Of a stretch of 64,000 nucleotides of DNA, positions 1-8,522 are shown piece after piece (the stretch's first letter is position 1; each line of letters starts with the position of its first letter). The notes under the pieces are model-generated. The model was not told the DNA's origin and ran no database searches. It saw nothing but the letters and a program-made list of their open reading frames with translations. Origin of the DNA: an uncultured Actinomycetes bacterium (GTDB taxonomy: Bacteria; Actinomycetota; Thermoleophilia; Gaiellales; JAICJC01); NCBI GenBank assembly GCA_963695025.1, contig CAVOFQ010000003.1:1680336-1744335 (forward strand). Reading direction: 5' to 3'. A program made the translations under genes and the position numbers.

Positions 1-572
1 CGGCCGGCCCACGGCGAGGCGTACAGGTACGGCTCGGCGTGGTGCCGGTCGCCCGGCGAGGCTCCATAGGTCGCGCGCCGGTCCGCGCCGGCGTCGCCGA
101 GGTCGGTCGCGGCGTCGAAGTGCTCGGGCCAGATGCGTACGATCGAAGCCTCGTCGGCCGGGCCGGCATCGGCGCGCAGGGCGTCCAGCACCTCGGTCGC
201 AAAGGCATACCACGCCCCCAGTGCCCGACCCGCGGTGGCATCGACGGCGAGCGGCTCGTCGAGGTCGCCGTGCGGCGGCACGTCGAACTCCTCCTGCTGG
301 GCGATGTCGGGCGTGATGCCCGCCAGCCGGGCGGCGTCGTTCAGCGAGCCGATCGGGTGGCGGGCGCCGTCCACCACCAGATCGGCGCCGTCAACGCCGA
401 TCACCCGTCCGCCGAAGGCGAACGTCGAGAACCCGCCGGGGGTTGCGTGGAGGATGATCTCGCCATTCTGCAGCCGCTGCGCGGGCGAGATGACGTAGAC
501 GGCCAGACGGTGCAGCGCCTCTCGGGTCTCGGCGAACGCCGTTGGCAGCGGAGGGAGGCTGGCCGCGCTCAT
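1..572 (-). CDS. conserved hypothetical protein (3' end lies beyond window edge)
   Basis: Absent from ORF track because it has no stop in the window. Hand translation from ATG 572..570 (MSAASLPPLPTAFAETREALHRLAVYVISPAQRLQNGE...) stays open to nt 1. GGAGG lies 5 nt upstream. ATGA overlap with the stop of 569..1072. G/C-rich third codon positions. Confidence 0.5.
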   Translation of the reverse strand, partial: MSAASLPPLPTAFAETREALHRLAVYVISPAQRLQNGEIILHATPGGFSTFAFGGRVIGVDGADLVVDGARHPIGSLNDAARLAGITPDIAQQEEFDVPPHGDLDEPLAVDATAGRALGAWYAFATEVLDALRADAGPADEASIVRIWPEHFDAATDLGDAGADRRATYGASPGDRHHAEPYLYASPWAG

Positions 573-1072
573 ACCGCCTCCCCGACGTCGGACCGGCCCC
601 GGAGCTGGAGCCGCTCGACGAGCCAGCGCGCCTGGTGCTTGCGCTCGCGCCGGTGGCCGTCCGCACCGCTGGACACAAAGGCCGCCCGGGCCGCCAGCCA
701 GCCGCAGACATTGGCGTCAGGGGCGCCGCAGCTGCGGGCATCGGCCGCCAGGAGCGCGAGCGTCGCGTCGTCGGGCCGCAGCTCGAGGCGCTCGATCGTC
801 CGCCCGGTGCACCCTGCGACGAACGCCTCGGCGGTGCGCCGGTCCCACGCATCCACCCGCTCGACCAGCCGGCCACGCTCGGCCAGGAGCTGGGCCGCCG
901 GCGTGGCGATACGGCCCTCGAGCTCGACCCTCCAGAGCTCGGGGGCGATCCAGACCGGGAGGTGCTCGAGACTCGTCGCGCGGGCACCGTCGAGCCAGTC
1001 GCCGTTCTCCGGCCATGTCCGGGCCGTGAACGGGCACAGGGCACCCGGCCGTGTGAACGTGTGCGCGATCAC
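569..1072 (-). CDS. hypothetical protein, third gene of the sigma/anti-sigma operon
   Basis: Lower part of track ORF 569..1393. The ATG at 1393 lies inside the sigma gene, so I start at in-frame GTG 1072..1070, which overlaps the anti-sigma stop (GTGA). No family recognised. Confidence 0.45.
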   Translation of the reverse strand: MIAHTFTRPGALCPFTARTWPENGDWLDGARATSLEHLPVWIAPELWRVELEGRIATPAAQLLAERGRLVERVDAWDRRTAEAFVAGCTGRTIERLELRPDDATLALLAADARSCGAPDANVCGWLAARAAFVSSGADGHRRERKHQARWLVERLQLRGRSDVGEAV

Positions 1073-1323
1073 TCGCCGGTCCACGTACGGAAGGTCTCGA
1101 GCAACCGGTCGCGGCTCGGCAGGTCGAGCACCCTTTCGCGCAACCTCCCGACCAGGGCGATCGTGCGCCGCATCTGGTCGAGATAGGCCGTGCACCCGTC
1201 GCAGAGCACGAGATGCTGCTCGAAGCGCGCGCGGTCGTGGTCGGTGAGGGCCCCCTCGAGGTAGTCGGAGACGAGCTCGACCATCTCGCGGCAGGTGAGC
1301 TCGGTGGTCGGCAGGTCGTTCAC
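1069..1323 (-). CDS. zinc-binding anti-sigma factor (ZAS family)
   Basis: 84 aa. Contains EQHLVLCDGC, i.e. the HxxxCxxC motif. 4-nt overlap with the upstream ECF sigma gene. Confidence 0.85.
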   Translation of the reverse strand: MNDLPTTELTCREMVELVSDYLEGALTDHDRARFEQHLVLCDGCTAYLDQMRRTIALVGRLRERVLDLPSRDRLLETFRTWTGE

Positions 1324-2003
1324 GCGGCCGCCTCGTCGAAGAAGCGCTCGAGCCGTGCGCGCACCTTCGACCGCGCCCGGTGCAGGAGCACACGCTGGTT
1401 GGACTCGCTCAGGTCGAGCGCGGCGCGCACCTCGGCCGACGACCAGCCCTCGACGTCACGGAGGGTGATGACGTCGCGCTGCGCGGGCGGCAGCTCGGCG
1501 ATCGCGGCGAGCACCTCCTCCTGCGTCTCCGCCGACAACAGGCGCGCCTCGGGCAGGTCCTCCCAGCGGCGTGGGGGTACGGCCCAGTGGCCCGCGTAGG
1601 CGAGGTCGTCCGCAGGCACGAAGCGGTCGGCGCCGACGGCCCCCTCGGCGCCGCCTCCAAGCGATGAGAACGGCACGGAGCGGCTCTCGCGCACTCCGCG
1701 GGTCTTCGCCTGATTCACGAGGATCCGGAAGATCCAGGTCTTGAGCGACGAGCGGCCCTCGAACGACGGCAGCCCGCGCAATACGCCGACCCACGTGTCG
1801 CCCACGACCTCCTCCGCGGCACTGGGAGTGCGGACGTACGCCATCGCCAGCCGCAGCATCGGCGCGTTGTACCGGTCGACCAGCTCGGCGAACGCCCGCT
1901 CGTCGCCCGCGAGGAGCGCGGCGACGATGCGGCGGTCGTCGGGTGTGGCGACGACGTCCGGGGCATTCGGGTTGGTATCGGCCGTGGACACGAGCAGGAG
2001 CAC
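1320..2003 (-). CDS. ECF-type RNA polymerase sigma-70 family factor
   Basis: 227 aa. Region 2 (DRYNAPMLRLAMAYVRTPSAAEEVVGDTWV) and region 4 (LPPAQRDVITLRDVEGWSSAEVRAALDLSESNQRVLLHRARSKVR) signatures. Confidence 0.9.
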   Translation of the reverse strand: MLLLVSTADTNPNAPDVVATPDDRRIVAALLAGDERAFAELVDRYNAPMLRLAMAYVRTPSAAEEVVGDTWVGVLRGLPSFEGRSSLKTWIFRILVNQAKTRGVRESRSVPFSSLGGGAEGAVGADRFVPADDLAYAGHWAVPPRRWEDLPEARLLSAETQEEVLAAIAELPPAQRDVITLRDVEGWSSAEVRAALDLSESNQRVLLHRARSKVRARLERFFDEAAA

Positions 2004-2061
2004 GTTGACCCTACCGTCCTCCGCACCACCACGCCGTTACGCGGGTGGGCGAACGGGCACT

Positions 2062-2090
2062 GGAACTTGTCGGCCTGGTCGGCTAGAGTC
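2062..2090 (+). promoter_or_regulatory. candidate ECF-type promoter (GGAAC-N17-TAGAGTC) upstream of the secreted protein gene
   Basis: GGAAC at 2062..2066 and TAGAGTC at 2084..2090, about 95 nt upstream of ATG 2183. Motif match by eye only. Confidence 0.25.
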
Positions 2091-2182
2091 GAGCCCGGTC
2101 GACGAGGGGGTGGGCCAGAGGCAGAGATGGCAGGTCACCAGGGATGGATCGCGCGCGGCCGCGAGTCGCAGCGCGCTCGGAC

Positions 2183-3838
2183 ATGTTCCCAGCGTCCACG
2201 GGAGGAAGAGTGAAACGACTACTCGCGCTCGCCATCGTGGTGGTGGCGGCGCTCGCAGGGCCTGCAGCCGTGGCACACGGCGATACCTACACCGAAGGCA
2301 GCCTGTGTCAGGAACGCGCCTTCCTGTGCCTCGATCCGTACCACTCGATCGGAAATGGCTACACCGGCCATGACGAGCCGACGGTGCAGTTCACGTCAAA
2401 CCGGCCGGGCACGGGCGGCAGGGACCTGACGTATTTCGTGACCCTGCCGAAGAACTCGACGGTCAAGCCGAACCAGGCCGGCACCGGCGGCACCTGGGAC
2501 TTCCAGCGGCGCGCCACGTTCTGGTTCAGCATCACGATGTGCGACACCGAATCGTCGCCGAACTTCACGAAGAAGTGCACGCCCAACAGCGACGCCAATG
2601 CCCGCTTCCGCAGCGCCAACCCGAGCTCGCCGGACTACATCGGCAGGTCGCCCGGAAACGCGTTCATGGAGCTCCAGTTCTACACGCCCGGCTGGGTCCC
2701 GCAGTTCGCGGGCTTCGGCTGCAGCGCCACGCAGTGGTGCGCCAACCTGACGATCGACAGCCTGTCCGACCAGGACAACACCGGCGTTACACAGAACGCC
2801 GACTGCCTGAACAATCACCTCCTCGTCGGCGAGGAGCCCATCAACTGGGCGTACATCACCAAGAGCGGCAAGTCCCAGGCGCCCGCCAACCCGCTGGCGC
2901 TCTCGGACGACCCGAACCTCACGGGCCTGAACCCCGATCTGAGCAAGGACCTGCTCATGAACCCGGGCGACAAGCTCCGCGTCCACATGCACGACACACC
3001 GGCCGGCTACCGGGTCGACATCAACGATCTGACCACTCACCAGCACGGCTCGATGACGGCCAGCATCGCCAACGGCTTTGGGCACATCCTGTTCCAGCCC
3101 AAGGCGAAGACGTGCCACGTCGCGCCGTACGCGTTCCACCCGATGTACAACTCGGCGGTGCCGCGCGGCTCCACTTGGGGTGCGCACACCACCAACGTCG
3201 GGGCATCCGACGAGATCGGCCACTTCGAGTACTGCGGTGCGATCGATCCGACCACCGGCGCATGCACGAAGGCCGGCGCCGGCGACCCCACCGTCGATGT
3301 GGACGACCAGGCCTGCCTGGACGGAGCACAGTTCCGGGCGCTGATACCCATCAAGGGCTGCGTGCTTGACGACGGCGACTTCGACGGGCCGTCGTACCTG
3401 CACGACTGGCCGGGCTCGTTCAAGAACCCGGTGCTCGACCGGCGGATGCACGGGACGCCGTTCCGGTTCACGGTTCCGACGTCGAACGGCAAGCCGCTCG
3501 AGAACGTCGCGTTCGAGACCGACCTGCCCCGCATCGAGCGCGGCGAGCCGGGCAACCATCAGCCTGAGTGCGACGCTCTGACGGGCGCACACTGCGTGAA
3601 CCCGCCGATCGGGGCGAAGTTCTACCCGATCTACACGCTCGCCCGGGCGGACGGCCGCTGCTGGTTCCAGCAGGGCGACGTCCACGTCCCGGGCACGGTG
3701 AACCGCTTCGGCGGGACATCGACCTCAGAGTTCGGACATCTCCTGTTCGTGCACTACGCGAACGCCGGATTCACAACCCTCCGGCTGGCCGAGGACTTCC
3801 ACAGGGACCTCCACGGCAACCCCTGCACGAGTCACTGA
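2183..3838 (+). CDS. secreted Cys-rich protein of unknown function
   Basis: Track ORF 2144..3838. I prefer ATG 2183 (or GTG 2210 after GGAGGA). N-terminus MFPASTGGRVKRLLALAIVVVAALAGPAAVAHG is a signal peptide. Numerous Cys residues. No family recognised. Confidence 0.7.
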   Translation: MFPASTGGRVKRLLALAIVVVAALAGPAAVAHGDTYTEGSLCQERAFLCLDPYHSIGNGYTGHDEPTVQFTSNRPGTGGRDLTYFVTLPKNSTVKPNQAGTGGTWDFQRRATFWFSITMCDTESSPNFTKKCTPNSDANARFRSANPSSPDYIGRSPGNAFMELQFYTPGWVPQFAGFGCSATQWCANLTIDSLSDQDNTGVTQNADCLNNHLLVGEEPINWAYITKSGKSQAPANPLALSDDPNLTGLNPDLSKDLLMNPGDKLRVHMHDTPAGYRVDINDLTTHQHGSMTASIANGFGHILFQPKAKTCHVAPYAFHPMYNSAVPRGSTWGAHTTNVGASDEIGHFEYCGAIDPTTGACTKAGAGDPTVDVDDQACLDGAQFRALIPIKGCVLDDGDFDGPSYLHDWPGSFKNPVLDRRMHGTPFRFTVPTSNGKPLENVAFETDLPRIERGEPGNHQPECDALTGAHCVNPPIGAKFYPIYTLARADGRCWFQQGDVHVPGTVNRFGGTSTSEFGHLLFVHYANAGFTTLRLAEDFHRDLHGNPCTSH

Positions 3839-3847
3839 CGCAGGCCA

Positions 3848-3883
3848 CTCCCCGGGGGCGGCCGTCCGGCCGCCCCCGGGGAG
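3848..3883. terminator. bidirectional hairpin terminator between convergent genes
   Basis: Perfect 16-bp inverted repeat CTCCCCGGGGGCGGCC / GGCCGCCCCCGGGGAG with a 4-nt loop. It sits between the stops at 3838 (+) and 3886 (-). Confidence 0.7.
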
Positions 3884-3885
3884 CG

Positions 3886-4221
3886 CTACCGCTTGGCGGG
3901 CAGCGACCCCGCGTAGGCCGTTCCGACCGCGACCCATCTCGCGAGCTGCTCCTGAGTCTGAAGGTGCTCGGGTGCGACGCGCAGCCAGCCCCGCATGGAG
4001 CGGCCGCGCATCTCGAAGGCCTCCGCAGCGGTGGTCGCGACCAGGTCGTCGGTCTGCAGCGGGTCGGCGCGAACCAGCGCCCCTCCCTGGCCGCTCGCCG
4101 CGACCGCCATGTGACCGCCGATCAGGAACGCGAGCCCGCCGAACATCCGCTGCTCCGACAGATCCGCCTCGCCCGCGACCAGTTCACGGATGCGGCCGGC
4201 CAGCTCCTCGTCGTACGCCAT
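3886..4221 (-). CDS. TfoX N-terminal domain protein
   Basis: 111 aa. MAYDEELAGRIRELV...RMFGGLAFLIGGHMAV is typical of the TfoX_N family. Confidence 0.75.
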   Translation of the reverse strand: MAYDEELAGRIRELVAGEADLSEQRMFGGLAFLIGGHMAVAASGQGGALVRADPLQTDDLVATTAAEAFEMRGRSMRGWLRVAPEHLQTQEQLARWVAVGTAYAGSLPAKR

Positions 4222-4349
4222 GGGCTGATCGTACGCCCCCGAGGTGGCGCGCGCGTTCGAGGCGGGCGGTGACGGCCTGGGGTTTCTCGCATTTGGGCCG
4301 CATCATCGTTCCGACGTTTGAGGACGACCGGGTCAGCTGAGCGGTCGGC

Positions 4350-5087
4350 TCAGTCCGGGTACTCGTCCTTGCGGAAGTTGAGGGGCGCGTCCGGCGTCCC
4401 CTTCGGCGTCCGGTCGAGCAGGAAGCTGAAATAGGGCGCGACGAACGGGTCGGGCGCCGTCACCGTGTAGGTGTGGTAGACGGTGCCGTTCTCGCGCGCA
4501 AACGCGATCCAGCTCGGGGCCTCGCGCAGGCCGTCTTCGAGCTTGGCGCCGATCTGGCCCGACCACTGCACGAGCCAATCGGGCGGGTCGTCGACCATCC
4601 CCTTGATCTCGGGCACCTGCTGCGCCTGCTCCTCGGTCATCGCGAGGCCGTAGTCGAACGCAAAGTCGGTGTTGTACGTGGAGACGTAGGGGAACTCCCA
4701 GCCCATCCGCTCCTTGTACGCGACCAGCCGCTCGATCGGCGCCCGCGAGAAGCAGATCAGCGTCACGTCGCAGTGGTTCAGGTGGACGAGCGATCCATCG
4801 AGCCCGTCTCCCAGGCTCGTGCACCCCGGGCACGCGCCGAGCGTGTAGTCGGGCCCGAACATGATGTTGTACGCGAGGAGCTGGGAGCGGCCGTCGAAGA
4901 GCTCGGCGAGGGTCTTCGTGCCATCCTCGGTGTCGAACTGGTACTCCTTCTCGACCGGCACCCACGGCAGTTCGAGCCGCCTCTTCTTGATCTCCTCGTT
5001 TCGCGCCGCCTGCTCGCCCTCGAGCATCGCCAGCTCGCGCCGGGCAGACTGCCATTCCTCGCTGGTTCCAATCGTGTGCTCTGTCAT
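4350..5087 (-). CDS. DUF899 family thioredoxin-like protein
   Basis: 245 aa. LPWVPVEKEYQFDTEDGTKTLAELFDGRSQLLAYNIMFGPDYTLGACPGCTS matches the DUF899 pattern as I remember it. Confidence 0.8.
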   Translation of the reverse strand: MTEHTIGTSEEWQSARRELAMLEGEQAARNEEIKKRRLELPWVPVEKEYQFDTEDGTKTLAELFDGRSQLLAYNIMFGPDYTLGACPGCTSLGDGLDGSLVHLNHCDVTLICFSRAPIERLVAYKERMGWEFPYVSTYNTDFAFDYGLAMTEEQAQQVPEIKGMVDDPPDWLVQWSGQIGAKLEDGLREAPSWIAFARENGTVYHTYTVTAPDPFVAPYFSFLLDRTPKGTPDAPLNFRKDEYPD

Positions 5088-5251
5088 CTCATCTCCTTCT
5101 CTCCAGCTCGGCCGCCCGGTGCGACGGGATCCACCGCTTCACGGCGCGACCGCGATCACCATATGAGACCGCGGGCGCGGTCGAAACTCATCGCGACGAG
5201 GAGCGGCGGCGCACTCTTCGAACCGTCGTGTTTGAGACAACCACCGACCGC

Positions 5252-6917
5252 TCACTGGACGACCGCGTGCTGCATTGCCCACAGAGCGGCGGCGGCTCGT
5301 GTCGACGTGCCGATCTTGCCGTAGATGTGCTGGATGTGGTGATCGGCGGTCTTGGGGGAGATGAAGAGCCGATCGGCGATCTGGCGCGTCGTGAGTCCCC
5401 TGGCCGCAAGCCGCAGCACATCGACCTCGCGCCGGGTGAGCCCGCCCGGATGCTGCTGCCGCTTGCCCGAGGGCACTCGCGGCTCACCGTGCCCCGCGGC
5501 CACGAGCACCGCCCGGCTCGCGCGAGGCTCGAGCACGCCCTGCGATTCGAGCTGGCGAAGCTCGGCGGCCGCGCCGTCGGGCGAGAACGGCAGACGGTCT
5601 GCCCGCTCGGTGGTCAGCCCAACGTAGATCTCCGTCGCCGCCAGGACGCACCCCCCGAGATCGTCGGCGTCCGCCCGCACGCGCTTGTGGTACCCGGAGC
5701 CGTCGCACTTCTCGTGGTGTGCGGACGCGACGGGGTTGAGGACGGCCAGAGCCGGTGAGCGGCGCAGCATCTGCTCAGTCAGCAGGGGGTGAAGCTCGAC
5801 CCGGTCGAACTCCGTGCGGGTGAGCGGCCCGGGCTTGTCCCAGATCGAGTTCGGCACGATGGTGGTGCCGAAGTCGTGGACGAGCGCCGCGCGACGCACC
5901 CCGGTGACAGCTTCCTCGTCGAGCCCGAGCACCAGTGCAGCGTCGCCTGCGATCTCTGCGCAGCGACGGCTGTGCCCGCCCATGTACGGCGACTTCAGGT
6001 CGATGAAGTCGGCGGCGACGGTCAAGGCGTCGTCGAACTGCTCGCCGGACAGCGTGCGGTGCGGCTCGGGCTCGAGGGCGAGCACGACGTCCCACGGCTC
6101 GGCCCTGCTGAGCGCATCGAGCCAGTCGCGCCCATGCGCGACGAACAGGTCGGCGAGAGCCGGGTCGTAGGTGCGGTCGCGGCGATCGCGTGCAGCCTCG
6201 ATCGCATGCTCGGGCGAGAACAGGCGGCCGATCGCCTCCATGTCGTGGCTGAGGTGCACGACGCGCATCGCGAGCGGGATCGCGTCCCCCTTGCGCGTGG
6301 GCCGGGTAGCCGTTGCCGTTCCAGCGCTCGAAGGTGAAGCGCAGAGCGTCACGAACGTCGGGGCCGAAGTCGAGGCGCTGCACGAGCATGTCGGCCACCT
6401 CGCAGCCGGACGTGAAGTTGTAGACCGCCCACTCGCGGGCCGTCTCCTGGATCAACCGGACGATCTCTTCGCGCTCCTCCGGGCTTCGGCCGGCGGTCGC
6501 GAAGGCCATGACGTCGCGCATCACCTCCGTGGGATTCGCGGCGTCGTGGACGAGCGTCTGGGCACGGATCGCGATCTCGTCGCCGAAGACAGTGGCGACC
6601 TCATGGGCGTGACCAGTGCAACCGACGTACCGGAGGAGCGCCACCCAGTACGCGGTGTCGCGCAACTCTCGGTCGAACCCCGCGGCGTCGCATATCGATG
6701 CCGCGAGCACACACGACCGAAGTTGCGATTCGAGCGGCTGGCCGAACGCGTTGTCCTGCGCAAGCGCCAGCGTCGCGACGAACTCACTGAGGCGGAGCGG
6801 TGCGTCGAAGATGGGGGGTCCTCCCGATGTATCGGCCCTGACGGCCGAGCAGAATCCTCTCACGTCGCGTGGGAGGTCGCCACGCGAGACCGCCAAGCTC
6901 AGATCAAGGGAGGACAT
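5252..6917 (-). pseudogene. tandem HD-GYP-like domains fused to a LuxR-type HTH regulator; reading frame broken once near 6300
   Basis: Track ORFs 5775..6917 and 5252..6352 are consecutive parts of one protein. The first ends ...FERWNGNGYP; the second continues TRKGDAIPLAMRVVHL, the rest of the HD-GYP signature. The second domain carries HDFG...HHEKCDGSGYH. The C-terminus LTRREVDVLRLAARGLTTRQIADRLFISPKTADHHIQHIYGKIG is LuxR-type. One extra base in the run at 6299..6303 explains the shift. Confidence 0.7.
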
Positions 6918-6918
6918 C

Positions 6919-8061
6919 GTGGCAGCATCGCCAACCCCGGGCGCTCATCCCATCAGGGTGGGAGTCATCGCCGACCAGACGGGACCGTTCTCGTTCGTGG
7001 GACTCGCGAACGCCAATGTCGCCAGGATGGTCATCGGCGACATCAACGCCAAGGGCGGGCTGCTCGGGCGGCAGCTCGAACTGCACATCGAGGACGGCGC
7101 CACGGACGACGCCGTCGCGAGCGCCGTCGCGACCAAGTTGGTCGAGCGGGACAACGTCGACGTCGTCTTCGGTGGCATCTTCAGCTCCACGAGGCAGGCC
7201 ATCAAGGGTCCGGCCGTCGTGAAGGGCAAGACGCTCTACATCTACCCGGAGCAGTACGAGGGGGCGGAGTCCGATCCACTCATCTTCTGCACCGGCCCGG
7301 GGCCGGCGCAGCAGGTCGACCCGTTCATCCCGTGGCTCATGCGAGAGACCGGAGCGCGGACGTTCTACCTTCCGTCCGCCGACTACATTTGGCCGCACGT
7401 GTTGAACACGCGCGTGCGGGAGATCGTCACGGCCAACGGCGGGTCGATCGTCGGCGAGGAGTACTACCCGCTCGACCACATGGACTACGCCGCGATGGTC
7501 GAGAGGATCAACTCGAGTGGCGCCGACGTGGTGTTCAACACGATCGTCCCACCCGGCGTCACGCCGTTCTTGGAGCAGCTGCACGACTCCGGCTTCTCGC
7601 GCCGCGGCGGCCAGCTCGTCTGCACGTACTTCGACGAGAACTTCATCAACATGGTGCCGGCCGCCCATGTCGAAGGCCTGTACGGCTGCCTCGACTACTA
7701 CCAGGCCGTCGGCGATCCGTTCAGCCAGAAGCTACTCGCACAGTACAACGCGCTCTATCCCGGTGACGCGAAGTTCACGGGTGGCGGCGCATGCTCGGGC
7801 CTCTATCGCGGACTCCGCCTGTGGGCGGCCGCCGTGACAGAGGCGGGCTCGCTCGTGCAGGAGGACGTGATCGCGGCGCTGGATCACGCCGCGATCGCCG
7901 AGGGGCCCGGCGGGGCCGCCGCCGTCGTGCCCGGCGAGCACCACGTGCGCATGAACATGTACATCGCCCAGGCACGCGGCGGCCGTTTCGAGGTGGTCGA
8001 GAGCCTGGGAGCGATCGATCCGCAGGAACGCCAGGTGGGCACGCCGGCCCTCGTGGGCTGA
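6919..8061 (+). CDS. AmiC/UrtA-type (type I periplasmic-binding fold) amide/urea-binding protein without signal peptide
   Basis: In-frame part of track ORF 6616..8061. GTG 6919 follows GGGAGGA. IRVGVIADQTGPFSFVGLANANVARMVIGDINAKGGLLGRQLEL is typical of the Leu/Ile/Val/amide-binding family. No hydrophobic leader. Confidence 0.7.
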   Translation: MAASPTPGAHPIRVGVIADQTGPFSFVGLANANVARMVIGDINAKGGLLGRQLELHIEDGATDDAVASAVATKLVERDNVDVVFGGIFSSTRQAIKGPAVVKGKTLYIYPEQYEGAESDPLIFCTGPGPAQQVDPFIPWLMRETGARTFYLPSADYIWPHVLNTRVREIVTANGGSIVGEEYYPLDHMDYAAMVERINSSGADVVFNTIVPPGVTPFLEQLHDSGFSRRGGQLVCTYFDENFINMVPAAHVEGLYGCLDYYQAVGDPFSQKLLAQYNALYPGDAKFTGGGACSGLYRGLRLWAAAVTEAGSLVQEDVIAALDHAAIAEGPGGAAAVVPGEHHVRMNMYIAQARGGRFEVVESLGAIDPQERQVGTPALVG

Positions 8062-8114
8062 GACGTACGCCGCCACTCCAACAAGGCCACAACAGTCCAG
8101 AAAAGGAGAGAGAG

Positions 8115-8387
8115 ATGCTACTCGCGACGACACAGGTGGAGGACTTCGACCGGTTCATGGCTGTCTTCACGGCCGCTGGCGCCGAGAAGCGCAAGCAGCA
8201 CGGGTCCAAGGGTGCCGCGATCTTCCGCGACCCCTCCGAGTCCGATCGGGTGTGGGTGATCTTCGACTGGGATGAGCAGGGCTGGCACAGCTTCGTGTCC
8301 GACCCCGAAGTTCCCCCGATCATGAAGGCAGCCGGGCACAAGTCGCGTCCCCAGGCCGCGGAGTTCGCCGCCAGGTGCGACGCCTGA
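8115..8387 (+). CDS. small cytoplasmic hypothetical protein
   Basis: Internal ATG of track ORF 7791..8387, preceded by AAAAGGAGAGAGAG. Sequence starts MLLATTQVEDFDRFMAVFTAAGAEKRKQHGSKGAAIFRD... Confidence 0.6.
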   Translation: MLLATTQVEDFDRFMAVFTAAGAEKRKQHGSKGAAIFRDPSESDRVWVIFDWDEQGWHSFVSDPEVPPIMKAAGHKSRPQAAEFAARCDA

Positions 8388-8397
8388 CACTCTGCCG

Positions 8398-8430
8398 GGG
8401 GCGGCGCCAACACGGCGTTGGCGTCGCCCC
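8398..8430. terminator. hairpin between convergent small CDS and tRNA-Ala
   Basis: 14-bp stem GGGGCGGCGCCAAC / GTTGGCGTCGCCCC (one G-U pair) with a 5-nt loop. Confidence 0.55.
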
Positions 8431-8449
8431 GCCGGCAGCTTCCCTCGAA

Positions 8450-8522
8450 TGGAGCTAGTCGGGCTCGAACCGACGACCTCCACGCTGCCAGCGTGGCGCT
8501 CTCCCAGCTGAGCTATAGCCCC
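8450..8522 (-). tRNA. tRNA-Ala (anticodon GGC)
   Basis: Reverse complement GGGGCTATAGCTCAGCTGGGAGAGCGCCACGCTGGCAGCGTGGAGGTCGTCGGTTCGAGCCCGACTAGCTCCA folds as a cloverleaf. G3:U70 pair present. Anticodon loop is CTGGCAG. Confidence 0.9.

Noticed and set aside
39-1247. 402-aa plus-strand ORF and other very long ORFs antisense to, or out of frame with, recognisable genes (e.g. 9740..11755, 19592..22048, 28646..30580, 36549..38081, 36854..38722, 52576..54393, 55443..57266, 58412..60574).
   Set aside because: Their translations are Arg/Ala/Pro/Gly-rich low-complexity sequence, typical of stop-poor off-frames in GC-rich DNA. Each overlaps a gene with a clear family signature in another frame.
6616-6918. 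Upstream 100 codons of track ORF 6616..8061 as the N-terminus of the binding protein.
   Set aside because: This part overlaps the divergent regulator gene, reads as low-complexity sequence, and supplies no signal peptide. GTG 6919 with GGGAGGA fits better.
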